Virus record (IMG/VR): IMGVR_UViG_3300012667_000655
Coordinates: 1-43,240 of that record
Source of the DNA: a virus
Taxonomy: Duplodnaviria; Caudoviricetes
DNA length: 43,240 nucleotides
Direction: 5' to 3' (one strand)
The notes under the pieces were generated by a model. The model did no database searches. It saw only the letters and a list, made by a program, of their open reading frames with translations, and was not told the DNA's origin. The position numbers and the translations under genes are program-made. Of this stretch, positions 33,644-42,052 are shown piece by piece (the stretch's first letter is position 1; each line of letters opens with the position of its first letter).

Positions 33644-36220
33644 TTACTTGGCGACCCAGCCGGTGTTCCCGGTCCCGGATTCCTTGACGTAGAACGAGGT
33701 TGCAGCCCCCCCATCGGTTCGTCGGTAGGTGCTGCCGATGGGGGCGGTGAAGACGCCTTCCGGGCTGCCTGCGCCTTGCAGCTCGACGGGAGCGCCAAGG
33801 GTGCCGCTCGCCGAATGGAGGTTGCCGGAATTCACGTTGATTCCGGTCGCGGAGAGGAACGAAAGCGCGATGTCCACCCGGTTGCCTTGGATGACGTTCG
33901 CCGCATTGACCGCCCGGATCGAGACGGCGGATTGCCCGGTGCAGACGTTCCCGGTGACGACGGATTGATCGGTGACGATGGCTCCGATGGTGCCGCCGAC
34001 GATGCGGTTGCCTTGGAGGATGATCCCGGTCTGACCGGAGACGTTGAACGAAACAACGGTCGCGGTCCCCGGCGTGCCCGCGAGGATGTTGCCGGAGGTC
34101 GCGAGGTAGTTTCCGATCACGGAAACGTCGTCGGAGGCTGCGCCTCCCGCAAGAATGGCACCATAAGGCGACGAGATCCGGTTGCCAATGATACGGGCGT
34201 CGGTCGCTCCGTTGAGGTAAACCGCGCCGCCGCTAATGTCGTTGCCGATGAGCGCCACTGCTCCGGCGAGGTTTACAACTGACGCGGAATAGCGGTTGTG
34301 GATCATTTGGACGTTGCATCCGGTCATGGTTCCGCTGCGGAACCCATTGACTGCGATCCCCCCGGTGACCCATGAGCAACCGGAAATCAGCACGTCCAAG
34401 GCGTCGGTGCTACCATCGCCGAGCGAAAGCGACGAGGTGGCCGCTTCGAGGTTGTTCTCGAACCAGCAATTCTCCACGCGCAGGAATCGCTCCGAGCGCG
34501 AGCCGCCGCCGGTCAGCGCCGCGCCGCTGGCGGTGATGGCACCTCCGGTCGCGGAAATGGCGCTGTTCCCGGCGCTGCCGGGAATCAGGGAGCGGACCAT
34601 CAGCATGCTGCTTCCTGTGGTAGCTCCAAACGCAGAATTCCATGCAGTAGCGGCAGGGGTAATCCAGGTGGCCGTCACGTTGGTGTTCTTCGCGGTCAGC
34701 TTGTCCATGCCGCGGATCGAATAGCCGACATTCCCGACGGTCTCCTCGACAGTCTGGAGGATCGCGATCTCGTTCGCTCCGGGCGGATCGTCGGTGATGT
34801 AGCTATTGCCGGTTGTGATGTCGCTGCCAATAGACAGCGCCACGCCTCCATTTGTAGCGGCGAGTTTGAAGGTGTTCGTGGTCGCGTCGCGGATGTAGTA
34901 GGTGACTCCCTCGTTGAGGTTGGAGGCTGCTCCGCCCTGAGATTTATGGAGGATGGTGACGGCGGTTCCGTCTGCCCATCCGTGTGAGTTGGAGGTTAGG
35001 ACGTTCGTGGAGGCGACTCCGGTGAATCGCTTCGCCCCGCCTACGAACGTGTAGGTCCGGCCGCCAGCGGTCAGCGTGTGGCCTGCCGATGGATTCGAGG
35101 CAAAGGTGAAGTTGCCCCGGCCATACTCAAGAGTGGCACTGGTCGCGTTGGTGTAGTTGTGGAGGTCGCGGGCGTTGTCGAAAAACTGGCAATCACGAAT
35201 GACCACTTTTTCAAAAGCCCCGTCGAGAGCGCCCTGTCCCTCCGCGCCGCCGCCGACGCCATCGGTCGCGTCGCGATAGCGCGACATTGCGCAGTTGCGG
35301 AATAAGCAGCGTTCGACGGTGATCCAGTTCGCGGAGTGAATCGCGCTCCCACCGATGTTTTCGAACGTGCAGTCGAGAACGCGGACGCTCATTTCGGTGA
35401 GGTCGTAAGCATCGTTGTCGAGGTCGATGGCTTCGCTGGAAATCTCGCGAAATTTAACCCGCTGGACGGTGAGGTTCCGCACGTCGTTCTTGGTATCAAT
35501 ACCCTCCCCCTCGCCGTCGTTGTAAGGGGTCTGAAGGCGGGAACGGTTTCCATCCAGCGTGAAGTCGCGGAAGGTCACGTTCGACGCGCCGTTGACGTTA
35601 ATGAAAGGAATCGCGTCGGTGCTGTCCGCCTGCTTCAGGATGGTCACATCCACGCCGTCCCCGGCGATGGTCATGTTGGAGTAGACCTGAAGCGACGGAC
35701 GCTGGCCTACCATGTTGTCGGTGACGAGGGTTGTCGCCCCGTAAGCGGAGGTGGTCCACGGGATCGCGCCGGTCCCCGACGACGCGGCCTCGCCGAAGAG
35801 GTAGGTGCCGCGGGGGAAGTAAAGCACCCCGCCGGTCCCGTCGCCGATGGACAAGGCGGCAGCTTGAACGGCGCGGGTGTCGTCCGCCACGCCATCGCCG
35901 ACAGCGCCGAAGTCCCGGACGTTCACGATTTTCTGTGAGTTGATCGAATTTCGGAACGTCGCGGCCTGCGTGCCGGTCATGGTCCCGGCCGCCGTCACAA
36001 GATTCCCCGGCGTCACCAGCGGAATCGCGAGCTCGGCGAGCGTGATTTTCTTCGAGCCTGAGCTGCCGGCCGAAACGTCGACGATCGGGATCACGTCGTT
36101 CGTCGCCGCCGATGCGCCGGTGAGGCTCGGCAGGTCGCTGATTTTCGTTCCCTGCGCGTCGGATTCGAGCGGCATCAGCAGGCTCCCCAGGATGGCCAGG
36201 AATAGGAGGTGTCGTTTCAT
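33644..36220 (-). CDS. Beta-helix (pectate-lyase-like) spike/depolymerase with N-terminal signal peptide
   Basis: KISDLP...DVIPIVD...SKKIT anchor, VNVRDFGAVGDGVADDT..Q, LYFPRGTY, parallel beta-helix repeats, C-terminal GSPEGVFTAPIGS..RRTDGG...YVKESGTGNTGWVAK. Confidence 0.8.
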   Translation of the reverse strand: MKRHLLFLAILGSLLMPLESDAQGTKISDLPSLTGASAATNDVIPIVDVSAGSSGSKKITLAELAIPLVTPGNLVTAAGTMTGTQAATFRNSINSQKIVNVRDFGAVGDGVADDTRAVQAAALSIGDGTGGVLYFPRGTYLFGEAASSGTGAIPWTTSAYGATTLVTDNMVGQRPSLQVYSNMTIAGDGVDVTILKQADSTDAIPFINVNGASNVTFRDFTLDGNRSRLQTPYNDGEGEGIDTKNDVRNLTVQRVKFREISSEAIDLDNDAYDLTEMSVRVLDCTFENIGGSAIHSANWITVERCLFRNCAMSRYRDATDGVGGGAEGQGALDGAFEKVVIRDCQFFDNARDLHNYTNATSATLEYGRGNFTFASNPSAGHTLTAGGRTYTFVGGAKRFTGVASTNVLTSNSHGWADGTAVTILHKSQGGAASNLNEGVTYYIRDATTNTFKLAATNGGVALSIGSDITTGNSYITDDPPGANEIAILQTVEETVGNVGYSIRGMDKLTAKNTNVTATWITPAATAWNSAFGATTGSSMLMVRSLIPGSAGNSAISATGGAITASGAALTGGGSRSERFLRVENCWFENNLEAATSSLSLGDGSTDALDVLISGCSWVTGGIAVNGFRSGTMTGCNVQMIHNRYSASVVNLAGAVALIGNDISGGAVYLNGATDARIIGNRISSPYGAILAGGAASDDVSVIGNYLATSGNILAGTPGTATVVSFNVSGQTGIILQGNRIVGGTIGAIVTDQSVVTGNVCTGQSAVSIRAVNAANVIQGNRVDIALSFLSATGINVNSGNLHSASGTLGAPVELQGAGSPEGVFTAPIGSTYRRTDGGAATSFYVKESGTGNTGWVAK

Positions 36221-36384
36221 GATTCGTCGGTGAGGTTCTGGTCGTCTTCGGTCAGCAGCGGCGCGTCGTCCTCGGTCAGCAGCGCGTTCTCTGGAATCGG
36301 CGAAACCGGCAGCCGCTTGATGAAGACCGGGGCCTTCACCAGTCGCCGGATCACGGGCCGGAGGATTTCAGCGCCTGCGCTCAT
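36217..36384 (-). CDS. Small protein with LLTEDD repeats (55 aa, not in ORF track)
   Basis: MSAGAEILRPVIRRLVKAPVFIKRLPVSPIPENALLTEDDAPLLTEDDQNLTDES, with ATGA overlaps on both sides. Confidence 0.65.
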   Translation of the reverse strand: MSAGAEILRPVIRRLVKAPVFIKRLPVSPIPENALLTEDDAPLLTEDDQNLTDES

Positions 36385-37937
36385 TCGTCGGGACTGTTAG
36401 ACGGTGCGCCCTGCTGCGGGCTGCCGGGCATGAGGTCGGGCTTCACGCCGAGGGCGTCCATGTCGGCGTCCTCGCGGGCGATTTCCTCCCACACGTCGAC
36501 CGGGTCGCGGCCGGAGGTTTCGCGGATGATTTCCGACCGGCTCTTGATCTTCATGGCGACCGCCTTTTCGTTCGCGGCGACTTCGCTTGACGGGTCGATC
36601 CACGACCAGCGGCGAGGCTGCCAGGTCACGGCCTTGTATTTCTCGATGCGGTCGAAGCGCAGCGGCTTGCCGGCGACCGTGATCGCGTTCGCCACGAGCG
36701 CGCGTTCGAGCCACTTCTCGAAGACCCACTCGCACCAGGACGAGACGAGCCACTGTTGCAGGCCCTTCCACACCTCGCGCTCGTCGAGCGCGCCCTGGCG
36801 GATCGACGAGAAATTCACGCTCGTGAGGTCGGAGGCGAGATTGTTGTAAGAGACCTTCAAGCCCGACGCGATCGACCGCAGCATGGACTTCGTGAACGGG
36901 TCGATGGAAGCGTCCGGGAACTGAGGGTTCCACGGCACGAACTCGCGCCCGCCGATGTCCTCGAACGTGCCCGGGTCGCCTTCCATTGGGATGTCCTCCA
37001 CGTCGTCGGCCTCGCCGTTTGGGTCGCGGAAGAATCCCATCTTCGCCGCGCCGACTCGCGCGTTGACGATCGCCGCGTCCTCGAAGCCTGAGAGCATGCG
37101 CATGCGCCAGAGCGCCGTGCGGAGCCACGAGAGGCCGCGCTTCTGGCCGACCAACTCGGGGAGGAAGATGTGGCAGACGTTCGCCGCCGGGATCACGTCG
37201 TAATCGGCACCGCCGGCCCCGCGGACGTAGCCGATTTGCCGCTCGTCCATTCGCTTGAAGTAGTAGCGCACCGGCCGTCCGTTCGGGTCGTGCTCGATCC
37301 CGTGGCGGATGACGTAGCCGCCGCCGAGGTCTTCGTAGTGGGTCGGGTCGAGCAGCACCGGGTCGAGGAACTGGATCGCGAACCCAAACTCGTTCAGCTC
37401 GCGCCCGTAGCGAGCGACCGCGATCACCTCGCCGTTCGGAGGGACGCTCGAGCAAATCAGCCGCTCGGCATCAGCCCGCGAGAGCTTTCCGTCGACCGTG
37501 AAGACGCCTTTTTTTGAGAACCGAGCGAAGGCTTCCTCGATCGCCTCCGATGCTCGCACGTCCGGCGTGCCGTTCGGATCCTTCACCGCGGCCTGCAAGG
37601 TGAACCCGTTCGGGCCGGCCACGTTGTCGCGCACGAGCTGGATGAACTTCGCGGCGTGATCGTTGTTCTCGACCTGCTCGCGGGAACGGGCGACCAGGGA
37701 ATGCCAGTGCTGATAGATCCACGCGTCGGCCGTCGTCGGCGTCGCGCTCCACGAGGCTTCGAGCCGGCCGTTCGCCGCGGCTTGAAAGATCCGCTTCATC
37801 GGGATGCGACCGCCGCCTTCGGGCTGGACCGTCACGCCCGGCTGGCGCTTCGGTGGCAGCGCGCGGAGGTTCGGCAGCGATGCCGCCGGCTGCGAGGGCG
37901 AGGCCGACCGGCCGAGAAGTTTGGAGAGGATGCCCAT
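36381..37937 (-). CDS. Portal protein, lambda family
   Basis: LVARSRE, GIEHDPNGRPVRYY, GQKRGLSW, VNFSSIRQG, WSWIDP. Start trimmed to MGILSKL. Confidence 0.92.
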   Translation of the reverse strand: MGILSKLLGRSASPSQPAASLPNLRALPPKRQPGVTVQPEGGGRIPMKRIFQAAANGRLEASWSATPTTADAWIYQHWHSLVARSREQVENNDHAAKFIQLVRDNVAGPNGFTLQAAVKDPNGTPDVRASEAIEEAFARFSKKGVFTVDGKLSRADAERLICSSVPPNGEVIAVARYGRELNEFGFAIQFLDPVLLDPTHYEDLGGGYVIRHGIEHDPNGRPVRYYFKRMDERQIGYVRGAGGADYDVIPAANVCHIFLPELVGQKRGLSWLRTALWRMRMLSGFEDAAIVNARVGAAKMGFFRDPNGEADDVEDIPMEGDPGTFEDIGGREFVPWNPQFPDASIDPFTKSMLRSIASGLKVSYNNLASDLTSVNFSSIRQGALDEREVWKGLQQWLVSSWCEWVFEKWLERALVANAITVAGKPLRFDRIEKYKAVTWQPRRWSWIDPSSEVAANEKAVAMKIKSRSEIIRETSGRDPVDVWEEIAREDADMDALGVKPDLMPGSPQQGAPSNSPDE

Positions 37938-37939
37938 GA

Positions 37940-38407
37940 TCAGAATCGGACGGAAATTCGAGGCCCGAGCCCGCCGGTGCCGCTCTCGCGCCGGGCCTGC
38001 GCTTTCCAGTAGGACAGCAGCGCGAGCAGTTCCGAAACGGAGTAGCGTTCCAGCTCGCGGTTGTTGATCTTGTAGGACCGCACGCCCTGCGATGCGTTGC
38101 CGGCGATCATCGCTTCGATGTTCTCGACGACCTTGCGGGCCGGGTCGCGCACGTCGCCAACGGTCAGCGGAGCGTCGAGGTCGAGGGAGCCTTCGGTGAT
38201 CACCGCGACGGATGCGTCGGCCTCGGTTGCCCAGGCCTGCCAGCGATACACGCCGGCATCCCACGCGGCCGTCGAGGTCGAAATGCTCCACTCGCTGCCG
38301 GTCTTCGTGGCCACCACGGTGCGGGTCTGAGGCCCGCCGAAACGGAACTCGACGGCCGTCGCCGTGGATGCCGTCACGCACAGCTTGAGTGTCTCGCCTT
38401 TGATCAT
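37940..38407 (-). CDS. Head completion protein (gpW-like C-terminus)
   Basis: IEAMIAG...SYKINNRELERYSVSELLAL..YW, located between terminase and portal. Confidence 0.75.
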   Translation of the reverse strand: MIKGETLKLCVTASTATAVEFRFGGPQTRTVVATKTGSEWSISTSTAAWDAGVYRWQAWATEADASVAVITEGSLDLDAPLTVGDVRDPARKVVENIEAMIAGNASQGVRSYKINNRELERYSVSELLALLSYWKAQARRESGTGGLGPRISVRF

Positions 38408-40362
38408 CTCCAGGAGTTCACGAATCCCCCGCGGCGCGGTCGCCGGGTCTTCCGCGGACTATCCGCCGGGGGCGGGGTGGGGTCTTGCGCGGTTTTGTCC
38501 GCCGTCATCGGCTGGAACTGCTCGGGCTCGGGATCAGGCTCCGGTGCCGGCTTGGTCTTGGCCGCGGGTTTCATGGCCTCGACCCGCTCGGCCTGCTTCC
38601 TCATCCGAAACGCGATCTTGTCGAACTGCGGAGCACCCATGACCATCGCCGCGAAGGCATAGACCCGGCAGTCGAGCGCCTCGTTTCGCCGGCCTTCCTC
38701 TTTCTTCCACTCCCGCCGCGGGAACCCTTTCACGAACTTCGTCACGATCTTCTCGGCCGTCAGTTGCCGGAACCACTCGGGCTCGCGGCCCGCAGGAAAG
38801 TGGCAGTAGCCAGGGCCGGGTGAGTCGATCTTCAACCGCTTCATCACGACCGATTTCGCGTTGTCGACGCCGACGATGTAGAGGTCGACCTTGCGCCGCG
38901 TCTTGCCCGACTGCTTCCGGTTCGGCGGTCCGACGATCGGCACCCCCTCCCCGCCGCGTCCCTTCACCGCGAAGATCCGGTCGCCGCGGTGCCGGCGGAC
39001 GTAGTCGTAGACCGCCTGCGTGTTGTGGCCGCCGGAGTCGATCATCGTGTAGCTGGCCGTGATCGGCACGCCCGACTCGTGGCGATACTGCTTCCGCACG
39101 AAATCGGTCAGAGCATCCCACGGGCTCCCGCGGCTGCCCTCCGGGATGTCCGGATCGCCGTGAAAAACCCGGTGCTCGATCGACCACGATTCCTCGCCGG
39201 CTCCCCAGGCCACACACTCGGCCTCGATCCGGTCCGGCTGGGTGTCGGCACCGATCGTCAGGAACAGGCCGCGCGCCGGCACCGGCGCCGCGTAGGTCTC
39301 GACGCGCTCCATCAGCTCATGCTCGGTGACTTGCTCGGCGGCCTCTTCCCACGTCTCGCCGAGCGACGTGTTCACCCACACCTGAAGCCGCTGCGGGTTG
39401 CCCTTCGCTTCGAGGAAATCCGCGACCACGTCGGCGATCGATTTCCACGGGCTGTAAAGCTCGTTCAGGTGGAACCCGGCCTTACCCTTGAACGGCGCGG
39501 TCGCGATCCACCGGCCCCGCCGGATCGCCGCGTTCTTCGCTGCGTTGCCGAACTCACCGGAGCAGGACGGGCAGACCATCCGCGCAGTGCCGGGCAGGCC
39601 CGATTCCCACCGGACGTTCCCCCAGGCCAGCGTGTGCTCGTGGCCGCAATGCGGGCACGGGACATGGAACCGGCGCTTGTCGGTTTCCTCGAACGCCGTC
39701 TCGATCCGCGAAAGGCCCTTCACGGTCGGCGTGCTGACCATGATGATTTTGCGGTTCCAGAACGTCGTCGTCCGCTTGATCGCCAGCCCGATCGGGTCGC
39801 CTTCGGTTCCCGCGCTCGCCGGCATGCGGTCGACCTCGTCGAACAGCACGACGCGGATCGGCCGACCGGCCAGGCCTGACGGTGCGTTCGCGCCGACCAT
39901 CGTCAGCCGGCCGCCCGGGAATGCCTTGTGGAGAATCCGGTTGTTCGAGTCGCGCGACTTTGGGTCCGCCACGCGGTCGCGGATCGCCGGCGTGTCCCGG
40001 AGCATCGGCGCGACGCGGTCCTTCGAGAACGTCTCGGCCATCGCGATGTCCGGCTGCACGATCAGGATCGGGCACGGGTCGTAGTCGATGTGGTAGCCGA
40101 TCGTGTTGAGGATCACCTCGGTCTTGCCGACCTGCGCCGACGTCATCACCACGACCTGCGACACGGTCGGGTCGTTCGCCGCGTCCATCATCTCGCGCTG
40201 ATACTCGGCGCGGGAGGTGTCCCACTGGCCGTGCTCGGCGCTCGCTTCGGGGGAGAGCTTGCGGCAGCGGTCAGCCCACTGGCTCACCGTCCACTTCGGT
40301 GGCGGTGTCCAGTTCCTCACGATGCGCCGAAACGTATCGGTCGGTGACGAGTGCGGGATCAT
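38404..40362 (-). CDS. Terminase large subunit, lambda GpA family
   Basis: SAQVGKTE Walker A, LFDEVD, STPT, VPCPHCG, WVNTSLGETW, IDSGG, RNEALDCRVYA. Confidence 0.95.
   Translation of the reverse strand: MIPHSSPTDTFRRIVRNWTPPPKWTVSQWADRCRKLSPEASAEHGQWDTSRAEYQREMMDAANDPTVSQVVVMTSAQVGKTEVILNTIGYHIDYDPCPILIVQPDIAMAETFSKDRVAPMLRDTPAIRDRVADPKSRDSNNRILHKAFPGGRLTMVGANAPSGLAGRPIRVVLFDEVDRMPASAGTEGDPIGLAIKRTTTFWNRKIIMVSTPTVKGLSRIETAFEETDKRRFHVPCPHCGHEHTLAWGNVRWESGLPGTARMVCPSCSGEFGNAAKNAAIRRGRWIATAPFKGKAGFHLNELYSPWKSIADVVADFLEAKGNPQRLQVWVNTSLGETWEEAAEQVTEHELMERVETYAAPVPARGLFLTIGADTQPDRIEAECVAWGAGEESWSIEHRVFHGDPDIPEGSRGSPWDALTDFVRKQYRHESGVPITASYTMIDSGGHNTQAVYDYVRRHRGDRIFAVKGRGGEGVPIVGPPNRKQSGKTRRKVDLYIVGVDNAKSVVMKRLKIDSPGPGYCHFPAGREPEWFRQLTAEKIVTKFVKGFPRREWKKEEGRRNEALDCRVYAFAAMVMGAPQFDKIAFRMRKQAERVEAMKPAAKTKPAPEPDPEPEQFQPMTADKTAQDPTPPPADSPRKTRRPRRGGFVNSWR
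38458..38499 (-). promoter_or_regulatory. Late promoter box copy 4 (inside terL 3' end)
   Basis: GACAAAACCGCGCAAGACC (38481-38499), N17, GATAGT. Confidence 0.75.
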
Positions 40363-40834
40363 AGGATGCGAGTTCGTTCAGCGCCTCCGTGACGGTGGCT
40401 TCGAGTTCGGCTTCGATCGCTGCCAGGTTCTCCACGCCGTGGACGCGCGGGGCGAGTTTTTTCGGCATGGCGAGGAGCTTCGCCCGGCACGCGAGCAGGT
40501 GATCCGTCCACACCGCCTCGACGGCCTTCGCCTCGTGGACGGTGCCCTTCAGGATCGCGGACTGCATTTCCGCCATGTCCGCCTTTGCCCGGGTCAGGCG
40601 CGTGCGCTCGGCTTGCCAGTCGCCTTTTTCCTCGCCGCTGTCCCACTGGTTGACCCGGCGCTCTTGGAGGAACTTGATGTAACCCCGGATCGACGCCCAC
40701 AGGTCGTAGCGGCCGCGGGCGGATTTCGCCACCACGCCGTCGGCGGCGAGCTGCTGGACGCGGACCGCCGTCAGGCTGAACAGCTTCGCGAGCGTGCCGA
40801 CGTCGACAGTCGGAGCTTTGGCCTCGGCGCTCAT
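40271..40834 (-). CDS. Terminase small subunit, Nu1-like
   Basis: LAKLFSLTAVRVQQL...GRYDLWASIRGY wHTH, then ERTRLTRAKAD coiled coil. Confidence 0.85.
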   Translation of the reverse strand: MSAEAKAPTVDVGTLAKLFSLTAVRVQQLAADGVVAKSARGRYDLWASIRGYIKFLQERRVNQWDSGEEKGDWQAERTRLTRAKADMAEMQSAILKGTVHEAKAVEAVWTDHLLACRAKLLAMPKKLAPRVHGVENLAAIEAELEATVTEALNELASYDPALVTDRYVSAHREELDTATEVDGEPVG

Positions 40835-41508
40835 GCGATAGCGTTCACGTAGGCCTCAAAGGTTTGCCCCGGTGCCGGCAGCAGCAGCAGGTCGGGGCGG
40901 TAAAGCCTCGGCGCGCCCGAAATTGCGGGCTCCCACGTCGCCAGCTCGTGGCGCTGCGGCTGCCTCACGATCTTGCCCTTTGCGATGTCTCTGACCACGC
41001 CGCGCAGCAGCTTAATTCCAAGCGGGGCGAGTTCGCGGATCCACAGCTCAAGCTCGTCGTCTTCGGGCCGGACAAACACGTGCTTCTGGGCGGCCAGCGG
41101 CCCGCCGTCCACGGTTTCGGACAGCCAGTAAACCGACCCGCCGGTGACGCGGTCGCGCATTCGGATCGTCCACCGCACGGCGTCGCGCCCGCGGTGAATC
41201 GGGAGCAGGCTTGGGTGGTAGCCGATGGCTCCGAGCTTTGCCTTCAGCCTGGTCCGCCGGCCGATGAAATCGTGGCTGTGAGCGGTGACGATCAGGTCGC
41301 AGGGCGGACAGTTTTCGGCGGTGAGCGTTCCGGCCTTGATGATTTTTGTGCCGGAGTTCGCCGCTGCAATCCACAGTTTGTCGGGCTTCTCGGGGGCGAC
41401 CGGGCAAACTGCGGCGAGTATTTCGTGTCCCTCCTCGCGGAGCATTTCAAAAGTGTCGCGGCCGAACCGCTTCTGCCCGGCGAGAACGATTTTCAGTTTC
41501 TTGGTCAT
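40831..41508 (-). CDS. Formyltransferase-fold protein (Fmt/FDH-like N-terminal domain)
   Basis: IGYHPSLLPIHRGRDAVRW and TGGSVYWLSETVDGGP. Start trimmed to MTKKLKIVLAGQK (ATGA overlap). Confidence 0.85.
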   Translation of the reverse strand: MTKKLKIVLAGQKRFGRDTFEMLREEGHEILAAVCPVAPEKPDKLWIAAANSGTKIIKAGTLTAENCPPCDLIVTAHSHDFIGRRTRLKAKLGAIGYHPSLLPIHRGRDAVRWTIRMRDRVTGGSVYWLSETVDGGPLAAQKHVFVRPEDDELELWIRELAPLGIKLLRGVVRDIAKGKIVRQPQRHELATWEPAISGAPRLYRPDLLLLPAPGQTFEAYVNAIA

Positions 41509-42052
41509 GGTTGGGAAAGTGGGCCTCCGATGTATTTGAACCCTTGCACGGCGCGGAAGTGCCCGCCGTAGCCGGTGCCGATAGTCTTGGCACCTAGCGC
41601 GTCCCGGGATTTTTTGATACTGCGAGCGCTCCTGTTTTTGTTTTGCCCATTCATCACTGCCGAGACCTGTTTCCAATCCGGCGACCGGCGAAGGAACTGC
41701 ACAAGCTGAGGATGCGACGTGTGGAAGTAGGTCGGGAGCTTACGGCCTTGCCGGCCGCCCCCGCTCTTGTGGTAAGCGCACACCCAGTTGAGGAACCGGG
41801 TGCCGACGCCGGCCCCCTGCCACTCGGGCATCACGACAAGGCGCGTCGCCCGAAACGCCGGGATCTCGAACCGCGGCGTCACGGCGAGGTGCGCGACCGG
41901 CTCGCCGTCCACTACGCCGACGAAGTATTCCGCCGCCACCGGCCGGGGTAGCTTCAAATAGTAATGCGGCTCAAACAGGGGCCAGTAACTTGAATTGACC
42001 TTCCGAATTTCGAGTTCGATGTCGGGGCGTTTCCAGGGCTCGCCAGCCCCGC
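41505..42052 (-). CDS. GNAT acetyltransferase domain (-1 frame continuation of the ABC ATPase)
   Basis: RLVVMPEWQGAGVG acetyl-CoA motif and HTSHP. The frame is open back to the A7 run at 42053-42059. Confidence 0.8.

Noticed and set aside
22183-38499. 19-bp repeats as CRISPR repeats or recombination sites
   Set aside because: They are kilobases apart, co-oriented and at a fixed distance from -10-like hexamers and operon starts, which fits promoters.
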